Assembly: GCA_030141605.1 (NCBI GenBank)
Contig: JAQGDQ010002474.1
Span: forward strand, 1-23,517
Length of the DNA: 23,517 nucleotides
Reading direction: 5' to 3'
Source of the DNA: Tubiluchus corallicola
Taxonomy: Eukaryota > Animalia > Priapulida
A program made the translations under genes and the position numbers. This document shows, one piece after another, positions 7,872-17,488 of the stretch. The first letter of the stretch is position 1, and the number at the start of each line of letters is the position of its first letter. The notes under the pieces were generated by a model that was not told the origin of the DNA, made no database searches, and was given only the letters and a program-made list of their open reading frames with translations.

Positions 7872-10800
7872 GTGAAAAGCAAAATAGCAAAACCTCTCAT
7901 TTTTTTTACTCTTATCTTATGCTTTCATGCGCAAGCACAAGACAATAGAACACTTACAACAAAGATTGCCGATTTGTTAAGCATCATGCCTCCTACGGAG
8001 CTTAGCAAGCCTAAGGTGAATGCGGATATTAATAATATTCTTCTACACAAAGAAGAGGGAATACTTAAGCTGTTACAAATGTTAGTAACAACTGATGGCA
8101 AAGCAAATAACAATGTTCATGAAGCATTAAAACAAATCATCATGTATGTTTCTATGGAGGGAAGAGAGTCTGACAAAGACATGGTTTTAAGTGCGATAAA
8201 TAAAACTTTAGGACAGGCATCAAATACAAAACAAAAATCTACCTATATAGAATTATTTGCTTTTTTTGACAAAACAGACATTGCACCCTATTTGTTGCCC
8301 TACCTATCTAAGGGCCATTTATGTGAAGTCATTACAAACGTTTTTTTAGAAGTATACCAAGAAGAATCAAAGGGTATTTTACTTGAACAATTAGACAACA
8401 CAGATGAAGTTTGCCAAATAACTATTGCAAAAGCCTTGTCTAATTTTACCCTTAGCCCTTCAAACAGTAAGAAGTTAGAATATCTACTTAAAAATTCACA
8501 AAATGAAACCTTACAACAAACAATATTTACCACATTATCAAAAATATCCAATGCTGAATCCTATAAAGTGCTAAAAAAAGCTTACCAACAAAAATCAAGT
8601 AGTGATAGCAAATATATAGAAGGTTATGTTTTATACGCACAAAATTTAGCAGAAAAAGGAAACACTTCTCTATGTGAAAAAATATGTCATGAAATTATTA
8701 AGTCTACCAACAAGAAGGAAGACATAATAGCTTTAAATAGTAGAGCAAAAGCTCTAACAATGTTGGCTAAATATGCGGGTAAAAAAGTATTAAAACTCCA
8801 CTTGCAAGCCATTACATCCAACAATCGGGAATATAGGCAGAAAGTACTTGAGAGTGCTTTGCAGATAGATGGAGAGGACGCAACCCAACAATGGATTGCA
8901 GTAGCAAATGAAAGCTCTATTGATAAGCAAATAGAAATAATAGGTATGTTAGCCAAAAGAGAAAAAGATAACTCTGCCATAGAGTTTATCACAACAACAC
9001 TAAGCAATGCCCCGAACAACAAAAGTCTGTTGCAAGCATGCTTCTCTGCTTTATACCAATTAGACAAGCAACAGGCAATGGCAGTTTGCACAAACATGCC
9101 TGAAAGTATAGATTTGGCAGTAGTGGCAAAATTCGTTTTACAAAATGAAGCTATTGAAAAAGATATGGACTTGCTAACTTCTTATGTTTCAAAAAATTTA
9201 CACCCCATCGTACAATCTACGATTATAGAACTCATAGGGAAATTTAATTATCATAAAAGCAAAGATATTGTTTATAAGCACATAACAGATACTAATCTAA
9301 TTAAAAGAAACAGCGCCTATGAGGCACTTAAAGGGTTGCAAGGATCCAACAATACTGTGATGCTATTAGGACTTATAGAGCCAGCCAACCCCATAATAGT
9401 AGAACTGTCAGCAACAAACAACGTCATCATTCCAACAGTGCAAAAAGATAAAAACATTAAGGACGTACAGCTTGCCATAATAAATAAAATACAAAATAGT
9501 AATGACATAAATCAAGAGGTAGAGTTGATTTTGTCGGTGTTGGGAAATACATCAAACGAAACAACCATTGCTCAGCTCATAGAGATACTTCCCCACGTTC
9601 CCACCTCCGCATCATTAGGAGAGCTAAGCGAACTCTTAAAAGTTGCCTCTTGCGATTCCTGTTCTTCGCTAATAATAGACGTTATTTTGGAAGCATTCAA
9701 CCAATGGGAAAGCCCCGAAATATTGACTGCACTATATAAAATATATAAAAAGCCAGCATACAACAATTTTGGAAGTAGAATTTTAAACATATATCTAAAA
9801 AAAATAAATGACTTCGAAAGCACCAGTGAAAATAACAGACTGAAATTAGAACAAATAATGCCGTTCGCTAATACCTTAGAGGACAAGAAAAAAATAATAA
9901 CCCTATTTAGCAATACAGAAAGCTTTCTGTCCATTATATATTTAGATCAATTTTTAACAGATAGCAAATTACAAAAAAATGCTGCAAACTCAATTGCTCA
10001 AATATTAATTAAGTCCGGGCACAAACCCCAATTTTATAACAGCAATACAAAAAAAATTGCAGAAAAAACAATAAAAATACTACCAAATAATGAAGACAAA
10101 GAACTCACTACTCTTCTTGAAAGTTATATAAACACTTTGCCCGAAAACATAACCTTCACATCTATGTTTAATGGAAAAGACTTTACAGGATGGAAAGGTT
10201 TAGTTGCCAACCCTATTGAACGCAAGAAAATGTCTGCTAAAAAATTGGAAAAAGAACAAAAAAAAGCAGACCAACTAATGCATAAAAATTGGAAGATACG
10301 CGATAATGCACTTTGGTATGTAGGTGACCAATTTGACAACATATGCACAGAAGAGTTATATGGAGATTTTGAAATGTATGTAGACTGGAAAATAGGACAC
10401 TTAGGGGATGGTGGCATCTATTTGAGAGGAACACCACAAGTACAAATATGGGACCCCGCTAACATAAAAGTACATGCTCAAGTAGGCTCAGGAGGATTGT
10501 ATAACAATAAAACAAATCTAAGAAACCCATTAACCGTCGCAGATAATCCCATTGGAGAGTGGAACTCTTTTTATATAAAAATGGTAGGAGAAAAAGTAAC
10601 TGTCTATCTCAATGGTGTTTTAGTTGTTGACAACGTGCCTCTAGAAAATTATTGGAACAGAGATATGCCCATTTTTGCTGTAGAGCAGATAGAACTGCAA
10701 GCACATGGAGAAGAAATAGGTTATAAAAATTTATATATAAGAAGTATAAAAAATGAAAATCAACTCACAGAAAAAGAAGCAAAGGAAAATTTTGAACTTC

Positions 10801-11366
10801 TTTTCAATGGGTGGAACTTGCAAGGATGGACAGACCCACAAAATGTATACAGCGTCAACGACGGAACTATTGTAATAAAAGCAGGAAGTCATGGTAATTT
10901 GTATACAGAAAAAGAATACTCTGATTTCATTTTTAGATTTGACTTTAAATTAACAGAAGGAGCAAACAACGGAGTAGGTATTAGAACCCCCTTAGAGGGA
11001 GATGCTGCATATGTGGGTTGGGAAGTACAAATATTAGACAACACAGCTGCTATATACTCCTCATTGGAAGATTATCAATATCATGGATCTGTATACGGTG
11101 TGATTCCTGCCAAAAGAGGCTATTTGAAACCCCTAGGAGAGTGGAACTCGCAGGAGATTTTTGTACAAGAAAACTATGTGAAAATTTCCCTAAATGGGCA
11201 TGTCATCCTAGAAGGAGATGTGGCAGAGGCTAGCAAGAATGGAACATTGGACAAAAAAGAACATCCTGGCTTGAAACGAGAGAAAGGATATATAAGTTTT
11301 TTAGGACACAATACAGAGGTGTCTTTTAGAAAAATTAGAATTAAAGAAATAAAGCAAAATAACTAA
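7872..11366 (+). CDS. Secreted HEAT-repeat protein with two C-terminal DUF1080 (3-keto-glycoside processing) domains
   Basis: GTG start and signal peptide ending AQA|Q, then a long alpha-solenoid. Domain 1: MFNGKDFTGWKGLV...YGDFEMYVDWKI...GIYLRGTPQVQIWD...ELQAHG. Domain 2: LFNGWNLQGW...YSDFIFRFDFKL...NNGVGIR...FLGH. Confidence 0.88.
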   Translation: MKSKIAKPLIFFTLILCFHAQAQDNRTLTTKIADLLSIMPPTELSKPKVNADINNILLHKEEGILKLLQMLVTTDGKANNNVHEALKQIIMYVSMEGRESDKDMVLSAINKTLGQASNTKQKSTYIELFAFFDKTDIAPYLLPYLSKGHLCEVITNVFLEVYQEESKGILLEQLDNTDEVCQITIAKALSNFTLSPSNSKKLEYLLKNSQNETLQQTIFTTLSKISNAESYKVLKKAYQQKSSSDSKYIEGYVLYAQNLAEKGNTSLCEKICHEIIKSTNKKEDIIALNSRAKALTMLAKYAGKKVLKLHLQAITSNNREYRQKVLESALQIDGEDATQQWIAVANESSIDKQIEIIGMLAKREKDNSAIEFITTTLSNAPNNKSLLQACFSALYQLDKQQAMAVCTNMPESIDLAVVAKFVLQNEAIEKDMDLLTSYVSKNLHPIVQSTIIELIGKFNYHKSKDIVYKHITDTNLIKRNSAYEALKGLQGSNNTVMLLGLIEPANPIIVELSATNNVIIPTVQKDKNIKDVQLAIINKIQNSNDINQEVELILSVLGNTSNETTIAQLIEILPHVPTSASLGELSELLKVASCDSCSSLIIDVILEAFNQWESPEILTALYKIYKKPAYNNFGSRILNIYLKKINDFESTSENNRLKLEQIMPFANTLEDKKKIITLFSNTESFLSIIYLDQFLTDSKLQKNAANSIAQILIKSGHKPQFYNSNTKKIAEKTIKILPNNEDKELTTLLESYINTLPENITFTSMFNGKDFTGWKGLVANPIERKKMSAKKLEKEQKKADQLMHKNWKIRDNALWYVGDQFDNICTEELYGDFEMYVDWKIGHLGDGGIYLRGTPQVQIWDPANIKVHAQVGSGGLYNNKTNLRNPLTVADNPIGEWNSFYIKMVGEKVTVYLNGVLVVDNVPLENYWNRDMPIFAVEQIELQAHGEEIGYKNLYIRSIKNENQLTEKEAKENFELLFNGWNLQGWTDPQNVYSVNDGTIVIKAGSHGNLYTEKEYSDFIFRFDFKLTEGANNGVGIRTPLEGDAAYVGWEVQILDNTAAIYSSLEDYQYHGSVYGVIPAKRGYLKPLGEWNSQEIFVQENYVKISLNGHVILEGDVAEASKNGTLDKKEHPGLKREKGYISFLGHNTEVSFRKIRIKEIKQNN

Positions 11367-11373
11367 ACAATTC

Positions 11374-11586
11374 ATGCTTCAAACTTTCATTATCACATTT
11401 ATATTTATCCTTACATTCTTTGTTTTTATTGGAGTCAGAATTATTTTTGTAAAAGGAGGGCGATTCAAAGGTACTTGCGCATCTGCAAACCCCTTACTAA
11501 AGAACAAAGATAAATGTGGCGCTTGTGGCAAAAAAAGCAATGAAATGGCACAATGTGAAAAAAGAAAAGACCCCATAGACTTCTAA
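11374..11586 (+). CDS. Small single-TM protein with a Cys-rich tail (NqrM/DUF539-like)
   Basis: Hydrophobic N-terminal helix followed by KGGRFKGTCAS...CGACG...C (4 Cys). It fits tightly between its neighbours (7- and 11-bp gaps). Confidence 0.65.
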   Translation: MLQTFIITFIFILTFFVFIGVRIIFVKGGRFKGTCASANPLLKNKDKCGACGKKSNEMAQCEKRKDPIDF

Positions 11587-11597
11587 ATAAAATAAAA

Positions 11598-13004
11598 ATG
11601 ACATTAATAAATTCTGTATCAGGAATTAGAGGAACAATAGGAGGGAAAGTAAACGATGCTCTAACCCCAATAGACGTTGTACAATTTGCTTCTGCGTTTG
11701 GTATGTGGGTAAAAAATGCCTCCGACAACTCAAACAAAGTAGTAGTAGGTAGGGATGCCCGAGTATCAGGAAACATGATAAAAAACTTAGTCACCAACAC
11801 CCTACAAGGGTTAGGGATAGACGTAATAGATATAGGCCTCTCCACTACTCCCACAGTTGAAATTACCATTCCCCTTGAGGATGCAAAAGGAGGTATTATG
11901 ATTACTGCCAGCCATAATACCGCACAATGGAATGCTCTGAAATTATTTAACTCAAAAGGAGAAGTATTGTCATCAAAAGAAGGAAAGAAGATGATGGAAT
12001 ACCTAAACAACAACACCATAGAATTTGTCTCTACAAGCAAGATAGGGAAGCACATAGAGCACGATAACTGTGCATATATTGACAAGCATATAGAGCTGAT
12101 TTTACAACTGCCATTAGTAGACATTAAAGCTATAAAATCAAAAAATTTCAACATAATCATAGACTGCGTAAACTCTACTGGAGGAATTGCAGTGCCTAAA
12201 CTACTAACAGCATTAGGAGTAAAAAAAATAACAAAAATTTCGTGTGAACCTGACGGTAAATTTACACGAAACCCAGAACCACTGCCCGAACATTTGACCC
12301 ATATATCTAGCAAAATGGAGTCTGGCAAGTATGACTTAGGCATAGTGGTAGACCCAGATGTAGATAGGCTTGTTTTTCTAAACGATAATGGAAAAGCATT
12401 TGGAGAGGAGTATACCCTTGTGGCAATATCTGATTACGTACTAAGCTGCAACAAAGGTGGCAACACATCCTCTAACCTATCTTCCACAAAGGCACTGAAA
12501 GAAATTACAGAGAAATATGGAGGAAAGTACGAACCCTCAGCAGTAGGAGAGATAAATGTAATAGAGAAAATGAAAGAGATAAATGCCATAATAGGTGGAG
12601 AAGGCAATGGTGGAGTAATATACCCTGATTTGCATTATGGACGAGACGCTTTAGTGGGAATAGCTCTATTTCTAACACTATTGGCAAAATTCGGAAAATC
12701 TGTCTCTCTGCTAAGAGCTAAATACCCCAATTACTATATTTCAAAAAATAAAATAGGACTTTCTGATAACATAGATTTAGAAGAGATATTAACTAAAGTA
12801 CAAGAAAAATATAAAAACTATAAAATTAATACTATAGATGGAGTAAAAATAGAATTTGATGAAAGCTGGGTACATCTAAGGCGCTCTAATACTGAACCTA
12901 TTATACGGATTTACGCTGAATCCAATACAACAACAACTGCCCAACACATTGCCAACAAAATCATTTCAGACATAAAAGAAATGGTTAATGAAAAAAAAGC
13001 ATAA
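11598..13004 (+). CDS. glmM: Phosphoglucosamine mutase (alpha-D-phosphohexomutase)
   Basis: MTLINSVSGIRGTIGG Bacteroidota-type N-terminus, catalytic TASHN, metal loop DPDVDR, sugar loop GEGNGG and LRRSNTEP. Confidence 0.88.
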   Translation: MTLINSVSGIRGTIGGKVNDALTPIDVVQFASAFGMWVKNASDNSNKVVVGRDARVSGNMIKNLVTNTLQGLGIDVIDIGLSTTPTVEITIPLEDAKGGIMITASHNTAQWNALKLFNSKGEVLSSKEGKKMMEYLNNNTIEFVSTSKIGKHIEHDNCAYIDKHIELILQLPLVDIKAIKSKNFNIIIDCVNSTGGIAVPKLLTALGVKKITKISCEPDGKFTRNPEPLPEHLTHISSKMESGKYDLGIVVDPDVDRLVFLNDNGKAFGEEYTLVAISDYVLSCNKGGNTSSNLSSTKALKEITEKYGGKYEPSAVGEINVIEKMKEINAIIGGEGNGGVIYPDLHYGRDALVGIALFLTLLAKFGKSVSLLRAKYPNYYISKNKIGLSDNIDLEEILTKVQEKYKNYKINTIDGVKIEFDESWVHLRRSNTEPIIRIYAESNTTTTAQHIANKIISDIKEMVNEKKA

Positions 13005-13007
13005 GTT

Positions 13008-14147
13008 ATGATATATTTTGACAATGCTGCCACTACTGCCATAGATCTACAGGTTCAAAAACATATGATGCCATACCTAAACGAAAAGTATGGAAATCCT
13101 TCTTCTGTGCATTTAATAGGGCAACAAGCAAAAGCAAGTATTGATAAAGCTAGACAAAAAGTAGCAAAATGCCTAAACGCTCAATTTAATCAAATAATTT
13201 TTACTTCCGGAGCCACAGAGTCAAATAATACCGTGCTGTTGTCCGCACTCCATAATAATGAAATAGAAAACATTATCTCATCACCAATAGAGCATGATTC
13301 TATTTTAAAGCCTTTAAGGTATATAGCTAAAGGCAAGAAAAAACACATCCATTTTGTCAAGCTAAATGAGAAGCAACATATAGACTATAACTCACTGGAA
13401 AAACTATTGTCACAACACCGCAAAGCATTAGTCTCTTTAATGCACGGCAATAATGAAATAGGTAATATTACAAATATAGATACTGTTGCCAAACTTTGTG
13501 AAAAATATGATGCGCTATTTCATACGGATGCAGTACAAACAGCTCTACACAAAAAAATAGACTTGTCTAATAATTCTATACATTTCCTTTCTGCCTCATC
13601 GCACAAAATGCATGGCCCCAAAGGAAGCGGCTTATTGTTTGTTAACAACAACACAACTTTGCATCCTTTAATTTTTGGAGGAACACAAGAGCTAAACACA
13701 AGAGCTGGCACGGAAAATGTAATGTCTATTGTAGGATTTGCCAAAGCGTTTGAAACTGGAATAAAAAACCAAAAAAAGAATGGCGATCATCTAAAAACAT
13801 TGAAACAAACAACCATTGAACTACTGAAATCAGAGCTTAAAGATGTCTGTTTTAATGGTGATAGCGAAAATTTTATGAATAGCTTAAACCATATTCTACA
13901 CATAACTATTCCAATGATTGACAGTACAAAAATGTTGTTATTTAACCTTGACTTAAACAACATTTTTGTATCAGAAGGCAGCGCATGTTCAAGTGGTGAA
14001 CACCGCCCTTCGGAAGTAATAAAAAGTCTAAAATTGAGCAAAAGTCAAGCAAACGTAAGGATATCTTTTAGTAAATATAACAACCTAAAAGAAGTAAAAA
14101 TATTTATAGAAGTACTTAAAAATATTATTAATCGATACAAGAAATGA
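13008..14147 (+). CDS. iscS: Cysteine desulfurase (IscS/NifS group I)
   Basis: IYFDNAATT, YGNPSS, FTSGATESNN, HTDAVQ, SSHKMHGPKG (PLP Lys), RAGTEN and SEGSACSSG (catalytic Cys). Confidence 0.92.
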   Translation: MIYFDNAATTAIDLQVQKHMMPYLNEKYGNPSSVHLIGQQAKASIDKARQKVAKCLNAQFNQIIFTSGATESNNTVLLSALHNNEIENIISSPIEHDSILKPLRYIAKGKKKHIHFVKLNEKQHIDYNSLEKLLSQHRKALVSLMHGNNEIGNITNIDTVAKLCEKYDALFHTDAVQTALHKKIDLSNNSIHFLSASSHKMHGPKGSGLLFVNNNTTLHPLIFGGTQELNTRAGTENVMSIVGFAKAFETGIKNQKKNGDHLKTLKQTTIELLKSELKDVCFNGDSENFMNSLNHILHITIPMIDSTKMLLFNLDLNNIFVSEGSACSSGEHRPSEVIKSLKLSKSQANVRISFSKYNNLKEVKIFIEVLKNIINRYKK

Positions 14148-14245
14148 TTCTTTCACTATTCAGAATGAAAAATATTTTGGATTATTGTTTGATTATTTCT
14201 GATTTTTTCCTTTCTTAGTTAAGAATATCGATGTAAGCATAGAGA

Positions 14246-15148
14246 ATGAACATGTTGAAGGCATTTATCAATTATATTACGTATGAAAAGAGATATAGTC
14301 AACACACTATCACATCATATAAAAACGACATACGACAGTTTCAAGCCTTCCTAAAAACACACTACGAAAACATTCCCTTTACAGATGTAACTCTACCAAT
14401 ATTAAGAAGTTGGGTAGTATCATTGGTAGATAGTAAAACATACACTGCAACATCTGTAAATAGAAAAATCAGTACTATCAAATCTTTATTTAAATTTCTA
14501 AACAAACATAAACACATTGATAGCAACCCTACTACTCCATTACACATTTTAAAAACAAAAAAAAGCTTACCGCATTTTATAAAAGAAAATGAAATCAATA
14601 AGTTATTAGATAACAGCAATACAGATATACTAAACAAAGAAGAAGTTAGTTTCTCAGAAGAGCGCAACGCACTCATAATAGAGATTCTATATGGAACAGG
14701 AATGCGACTTATAGAGCTTGTTAATTTGAAAGAGAAAGATATAGACATTGAAAAAAATGTATTAAAAATATTAGGGAAAAGAAATAAAGAAAGAATTGTT
14801 CCCATAAACAGTAGTTTACAAACAGCATTAAAACGTTACATGGGCAAAAAAAAAGCTGCCTTTAAAGAGCAAACAAAAGAGTTGGTTGTAACAGACAAAG
14901 GCACTAAAAGTTATCCTGCATTGATACAAAAAATAGTAAAGAATTATTTAGCCTCTGCATCTGTTGACAAAAAAAGTCCCCATGTGTTAAGGCACACTTT
15001 TGCCACACATCTACTTAATAAAGGTGCTGACTTAAATGCAATAAAAGAGTTGTTAGGACACAGTAGCTTAGCAGCAACGCAGATATACACACATAATAGC
15101 ATTGAAAAGCTAAAAAAAATATTTGATTTAGCGCACCCAAAAGCGTAA
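14246..15148 (+). CDS. xerC: Tyrosine recombinase XerC
   Basis: EKRYSQHT, SVNRKIS, LYGTGMR, LGKRNKER, SPHVLRHTFATHLLNKGADL, LLGHSSLAATQIYTH and AHPKA. It lies next to hpf as in other Bacteroidota. Confidence 0.88.
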   Translation: MNMLKAFINYITYEKRYSQHTITSYKNDIRQFQAFLKTHYENIPFTDVTLPILRSWVVSLVDSKTYTATSVNRKISTIKSLFKFLNKHKHIDSNPTTPLHILKTKKSLPHFIKENEINKLLDNSNTDILNKEEVSFSEERNALIIEILYGTGMRLIELVNLKEKDIDIEKNVLKILGKRNKERIVPINSSLQTALKRYMGKKKAAFKEQTKELVVTDKGTKSYPALIQKIVKNYLASASVDKKSPHVLRHTFATHLLNKGADLNAIKELLGHSSLAATQIYTHNSIEKLKKIFDLAHPKA

Positions 15149-15199
15149 AGAAATTTGAATGAATTAAAACGATGGTTACACGATTAAACTTAATAAAAA

Positions 15200-15505
15200 A
15201 TGCAACTTAATATCCAATCTATTCGTTTCACAGCAGACGAAAAATTGACAGATTATATTCAAAAAAAATTAAATAAACTTGATAAAATTTTTGGCCGAAT
15301 TATAGATGGAGAAGTGTTTTTAAAATTAGAAAAAGACTCAAAAAATAATGGAAATAAAATAGTGGAAATAAAAATCAACCTTCCCAAATACCAACTGTTT
15401 GCCAAAGAACAAGGTAAGAAGTTTGAAGACGCTACAAATTTAGCATACGAATCACTTGCACAGCAATTAAAAAAAGCTAAAGACAAGTTGACAACACACA
15501 AATGA
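15200..15505 (+). CDS. hpf: Ribosome hibernation promoting factor (HPF/RaiA, short form)
   Basis: MQLNIQSIRFTADEKL.DYIQKKLNKL...EVFLK...NKIVEIKI...LFAK...FEDA matches the Ribosomal_S30AE pattern. Confidence 0.9.
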   Translation: MQLNIQSIRFTADEKLTDYIQKKLNKLDKIFGRIIDGEVFLKLEKDSKNNGNKIVEIKINLPKYQLFAKEQGKKFEDATNLAYESLAQQLKKAKDKLTTHK

Positions 15506-15551
15506 TTCAGCGTTAATGCTTTAGCCGCCTAAACTATTTTATTCTTAAATT

Positions 15552-16331
15552 ATGTACAAAAGAATTGGAACTAGTACCATTTTGCTATTCATTTACTCTC
15601 TTTCATTTTCACAAGACATGGATTTATATGAAAAAAAAGAATTTGTTAAAGAAAATGATACCCTGTTATATAGGATATTGTATCCCCAAAAATATAACAA
15701 AAAGAAAGAGTACCCACTCATTCTAATGCTACATGGATCTGGAGAAAGGGGCAATGACAACAAAGCACAGTTAACACATGGGGGAGATTTGTTCTTGCAA
15801 AAAAGCGTAAGAAAAAAATATCCCGCTATAGTTGTATTTCCACAATGCCCCACCGATGACTACTGGGCAAATGTGACGACTGTAGACGACTACACAGGCA
15901 CGCGTTTCTTTGAGTTCCCTGATGAGGCACCTCCCACAAAGGCACTAAACACGGTAATGGCGTTTGTTAATTATTTAGTGCAAAATGAAAAAATAGATAC
16001 AAACAAAATGTATGTAGGCGGTCTATCTATGGGAGGCATGGGAACATTTGAACTGCTTTCACGAATGCCCAACACATTTGCTGCAGCATTTCCTATTTGT
16101 GGTGGAGGCAATGTGAACAATGTTTCCAAATATGCTCATAATACTGCTCTTTGGATATTTCACGGATTAGATGACCGCGTTGTTTTTCCCATTTATTCTG
16201 AAACAATAGCAGAAGCCCTAAAAAAAGAAAAAGCAGACTATAAACTGAGTTTATACCCGAACGTAAAGCATGACAGCTGGAATAATGCCTTTGCAGAAGC
16301 AGATTTATTGCGTTGGTTGTTTTCAAAGTAA
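15552..16331 (+). CDS. Secreted alpha/beta-hydrolase (phospholipase/carboxylesterase, predicted peptidase family)
   Basis: Signal peptide ending SFS|Q, YPLILMLHGSGERG, nucleophile GLSMGG, FHGLDD (Asp) and VKHDSW (His). Confidence 0.88.
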   Translation: MYKRIGTSTILLFIYSLSFSQDMDLYEKKEFVKENDTLLYRILYPQKYNKKKEYPLILMLHGSGERGNDNKAQLTHGGDLFLQKSVRKKYPAIVVFPQCPTDDYWANVTTVDDYTGTRFFEFPDEAPPTKALNTVMAFVNYLVQNEKIDTNKMYVGGLSMGGMGTFELLSRMPNTFAAAFPICGGGNVNNVSKYAHNTALWIFHGLDDRVVFPIYSETIAEALKKEKADYKLSLYPNVKHDSWNNAFAEADLLRWLFSK

Positions 16332-16356
16332 ATAGATTCTCTTTATTAAATTCATA

Positions 16357-16386
16357 TCAATAAAAAAGTTCTTCCCTTTTTATTGA
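16357..16386 (+). terminator. AT-rich hairpin after the esterase gene, possible terminator
   Basis: TCAATAAAAA-agttcttccc-TTTTTATTGA forms a 10-bp inverted repeat. Confidence 0.4.
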
Positions 16387-16447
16387 ATTAAATACTGAGC
16401 TTAACAAAGTTTAGCTTGCAATCATTTCAAAAAAACAAGTTTTTTGC

Positions 16448-16455
16448 TACATTTG
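16448..16455 (+). promoter_or_regulatory. Bacteroidota -7 promoter element for the VWA/permease genes
   Basis: TACATTTG, an exact TAnnTTTG match 39 nt upstream of ATG 16495. Confidence 0.6.
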
Positions 16456-16494
16456 AAGTCAAAAACGGCAACAATAGACAATTAGTAATCCATC

Positions 16495-17466
16495 ATGACT
16501 TGGTATAATATCTTTTCTACTTTCGAATTAATACTCATCATTACCTTTATTGCACTCTATGCTTTGTACATAAGAAAAATGTATGTAGTAAATAAAATTT
16601 TAAAGGTTCGATTTAGATCCCTGCTTATAAAAATTTTTGTTAGAACCGTATACTTTTCGTTATTTATAATTTCACTCTTGGGACCATCTCTTAAAGGAAT
16701 AACAAAAGAAATAGCAGTAACAGGAAAGGACATAATAATATGCGTAGACCTTTCCGCCTCTATGAATAGCACAGATATTCTCCCCACACGGTTAGAAAGA
16801 ATAAAATTAGAGTTAAGAAAGATATATCAAGCTTTTGGCACTGATCGCATAGGTGTAATTATGTTTTCTTCCGAGGCATACGTAGCCTGCCCTCTTACAT
16901 ATGATCAAAACGCCTTGCTACTATTTACTGATGGATTATCTTCTAATTTAGTCCCCAACACTGGTACGGACTTTGCTCCCCCATTATCCATGGCAGTAGA
17001 AAAGTTATTAGATGAAAAAAATACTACTCAACAAATTTCCTCAAAAGTAATTGTTCTTATAAGTGATGGAGAAGACTTTGGAACAAAAACTGACAACGTA
17101 TTAAGTAAGATAAAAAGCAAAGGAATAAAAACATTTACTCTTGGAATAGGAACACGAAAAGGAGGAAAAATATTAATGCCAAACAATAAAAATAAAACAG
17201 ACCAAAGCGGGCAAGAAATCATTACATATTTGGAGCCATCTAGCCTAAAAAAAATAGCCTCCCAGACCAATGGAAAATATTTTGAAATCAACGACAATGA
17301 TAACCAAACATTTAAACTCATACAGGCTATTAAAGAAATTCAGGGCGAGCTATTAGATGTGAAAAAAATTGATACAAAATCCAATATATACTACTACTTC
17401 TTACTTGTCGCATTTATATTTTTTATGTTAGATGTATTGATAAGGCAAAAGGTAGTGGAAGTATAA
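16495..17466 (+). CDS. Membrane-anchored von Willebrand A domain protein (BatB-like)
   Basis: Two N-terminal TM helices, MIDAS DLSASM...PTRLER, DRIG, CPLTYD, GTD, ISDGED and a C-terminal TM helix. Confidence 0.85.
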   Translation: MTWYNIFSTFELILIITFIALYALYIRKMYVVNKILKVRFRSLLIKIFVRTVYFSLFIISLLGPSLKGITKEIAVTGKDIIICVDLSASMNSTDILPTRLERIKLELRKIYQAFGTDRIGVIMFSSEAYVACPLTYDQNALLLFTDGLSSNLVPNTGTDFAPPLSMAVEKLLDEKNTTQQISSKVIVLISDGEDFGTKTDNVLSKIKSKGIKTFTLGIGTRKGGKILMPNNKNKTDQSGQEIITYLEPSSLKKIASQTNGKYFEINDNDNQTFKLIQAIKEIQGELLDVKKIDTKSNIYYYFLLVAFIFFMLDVLIRQKVVEV

Positions 17467-17488
17467 TATATTCTCAGCTATTTTATCA

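Noticed and set aside
11465-12343. 292-aa minus-strand ORF
   Set aside because: Antisense shadow of the highly conserved glmM; no recognisable motifs.
14246-15148. Phage or ICE integrase marking a mobile element
   Set aside because: The sequence and hpf linkage match chromosomal XerC; no att sites or cargo genes seen.
15506-15551. tRNA cluster expected after hpf
   Set aside because: The gap is only 46 bp with no cloverleaf; no tRNA or rRNA was recognised anywhere in the window.
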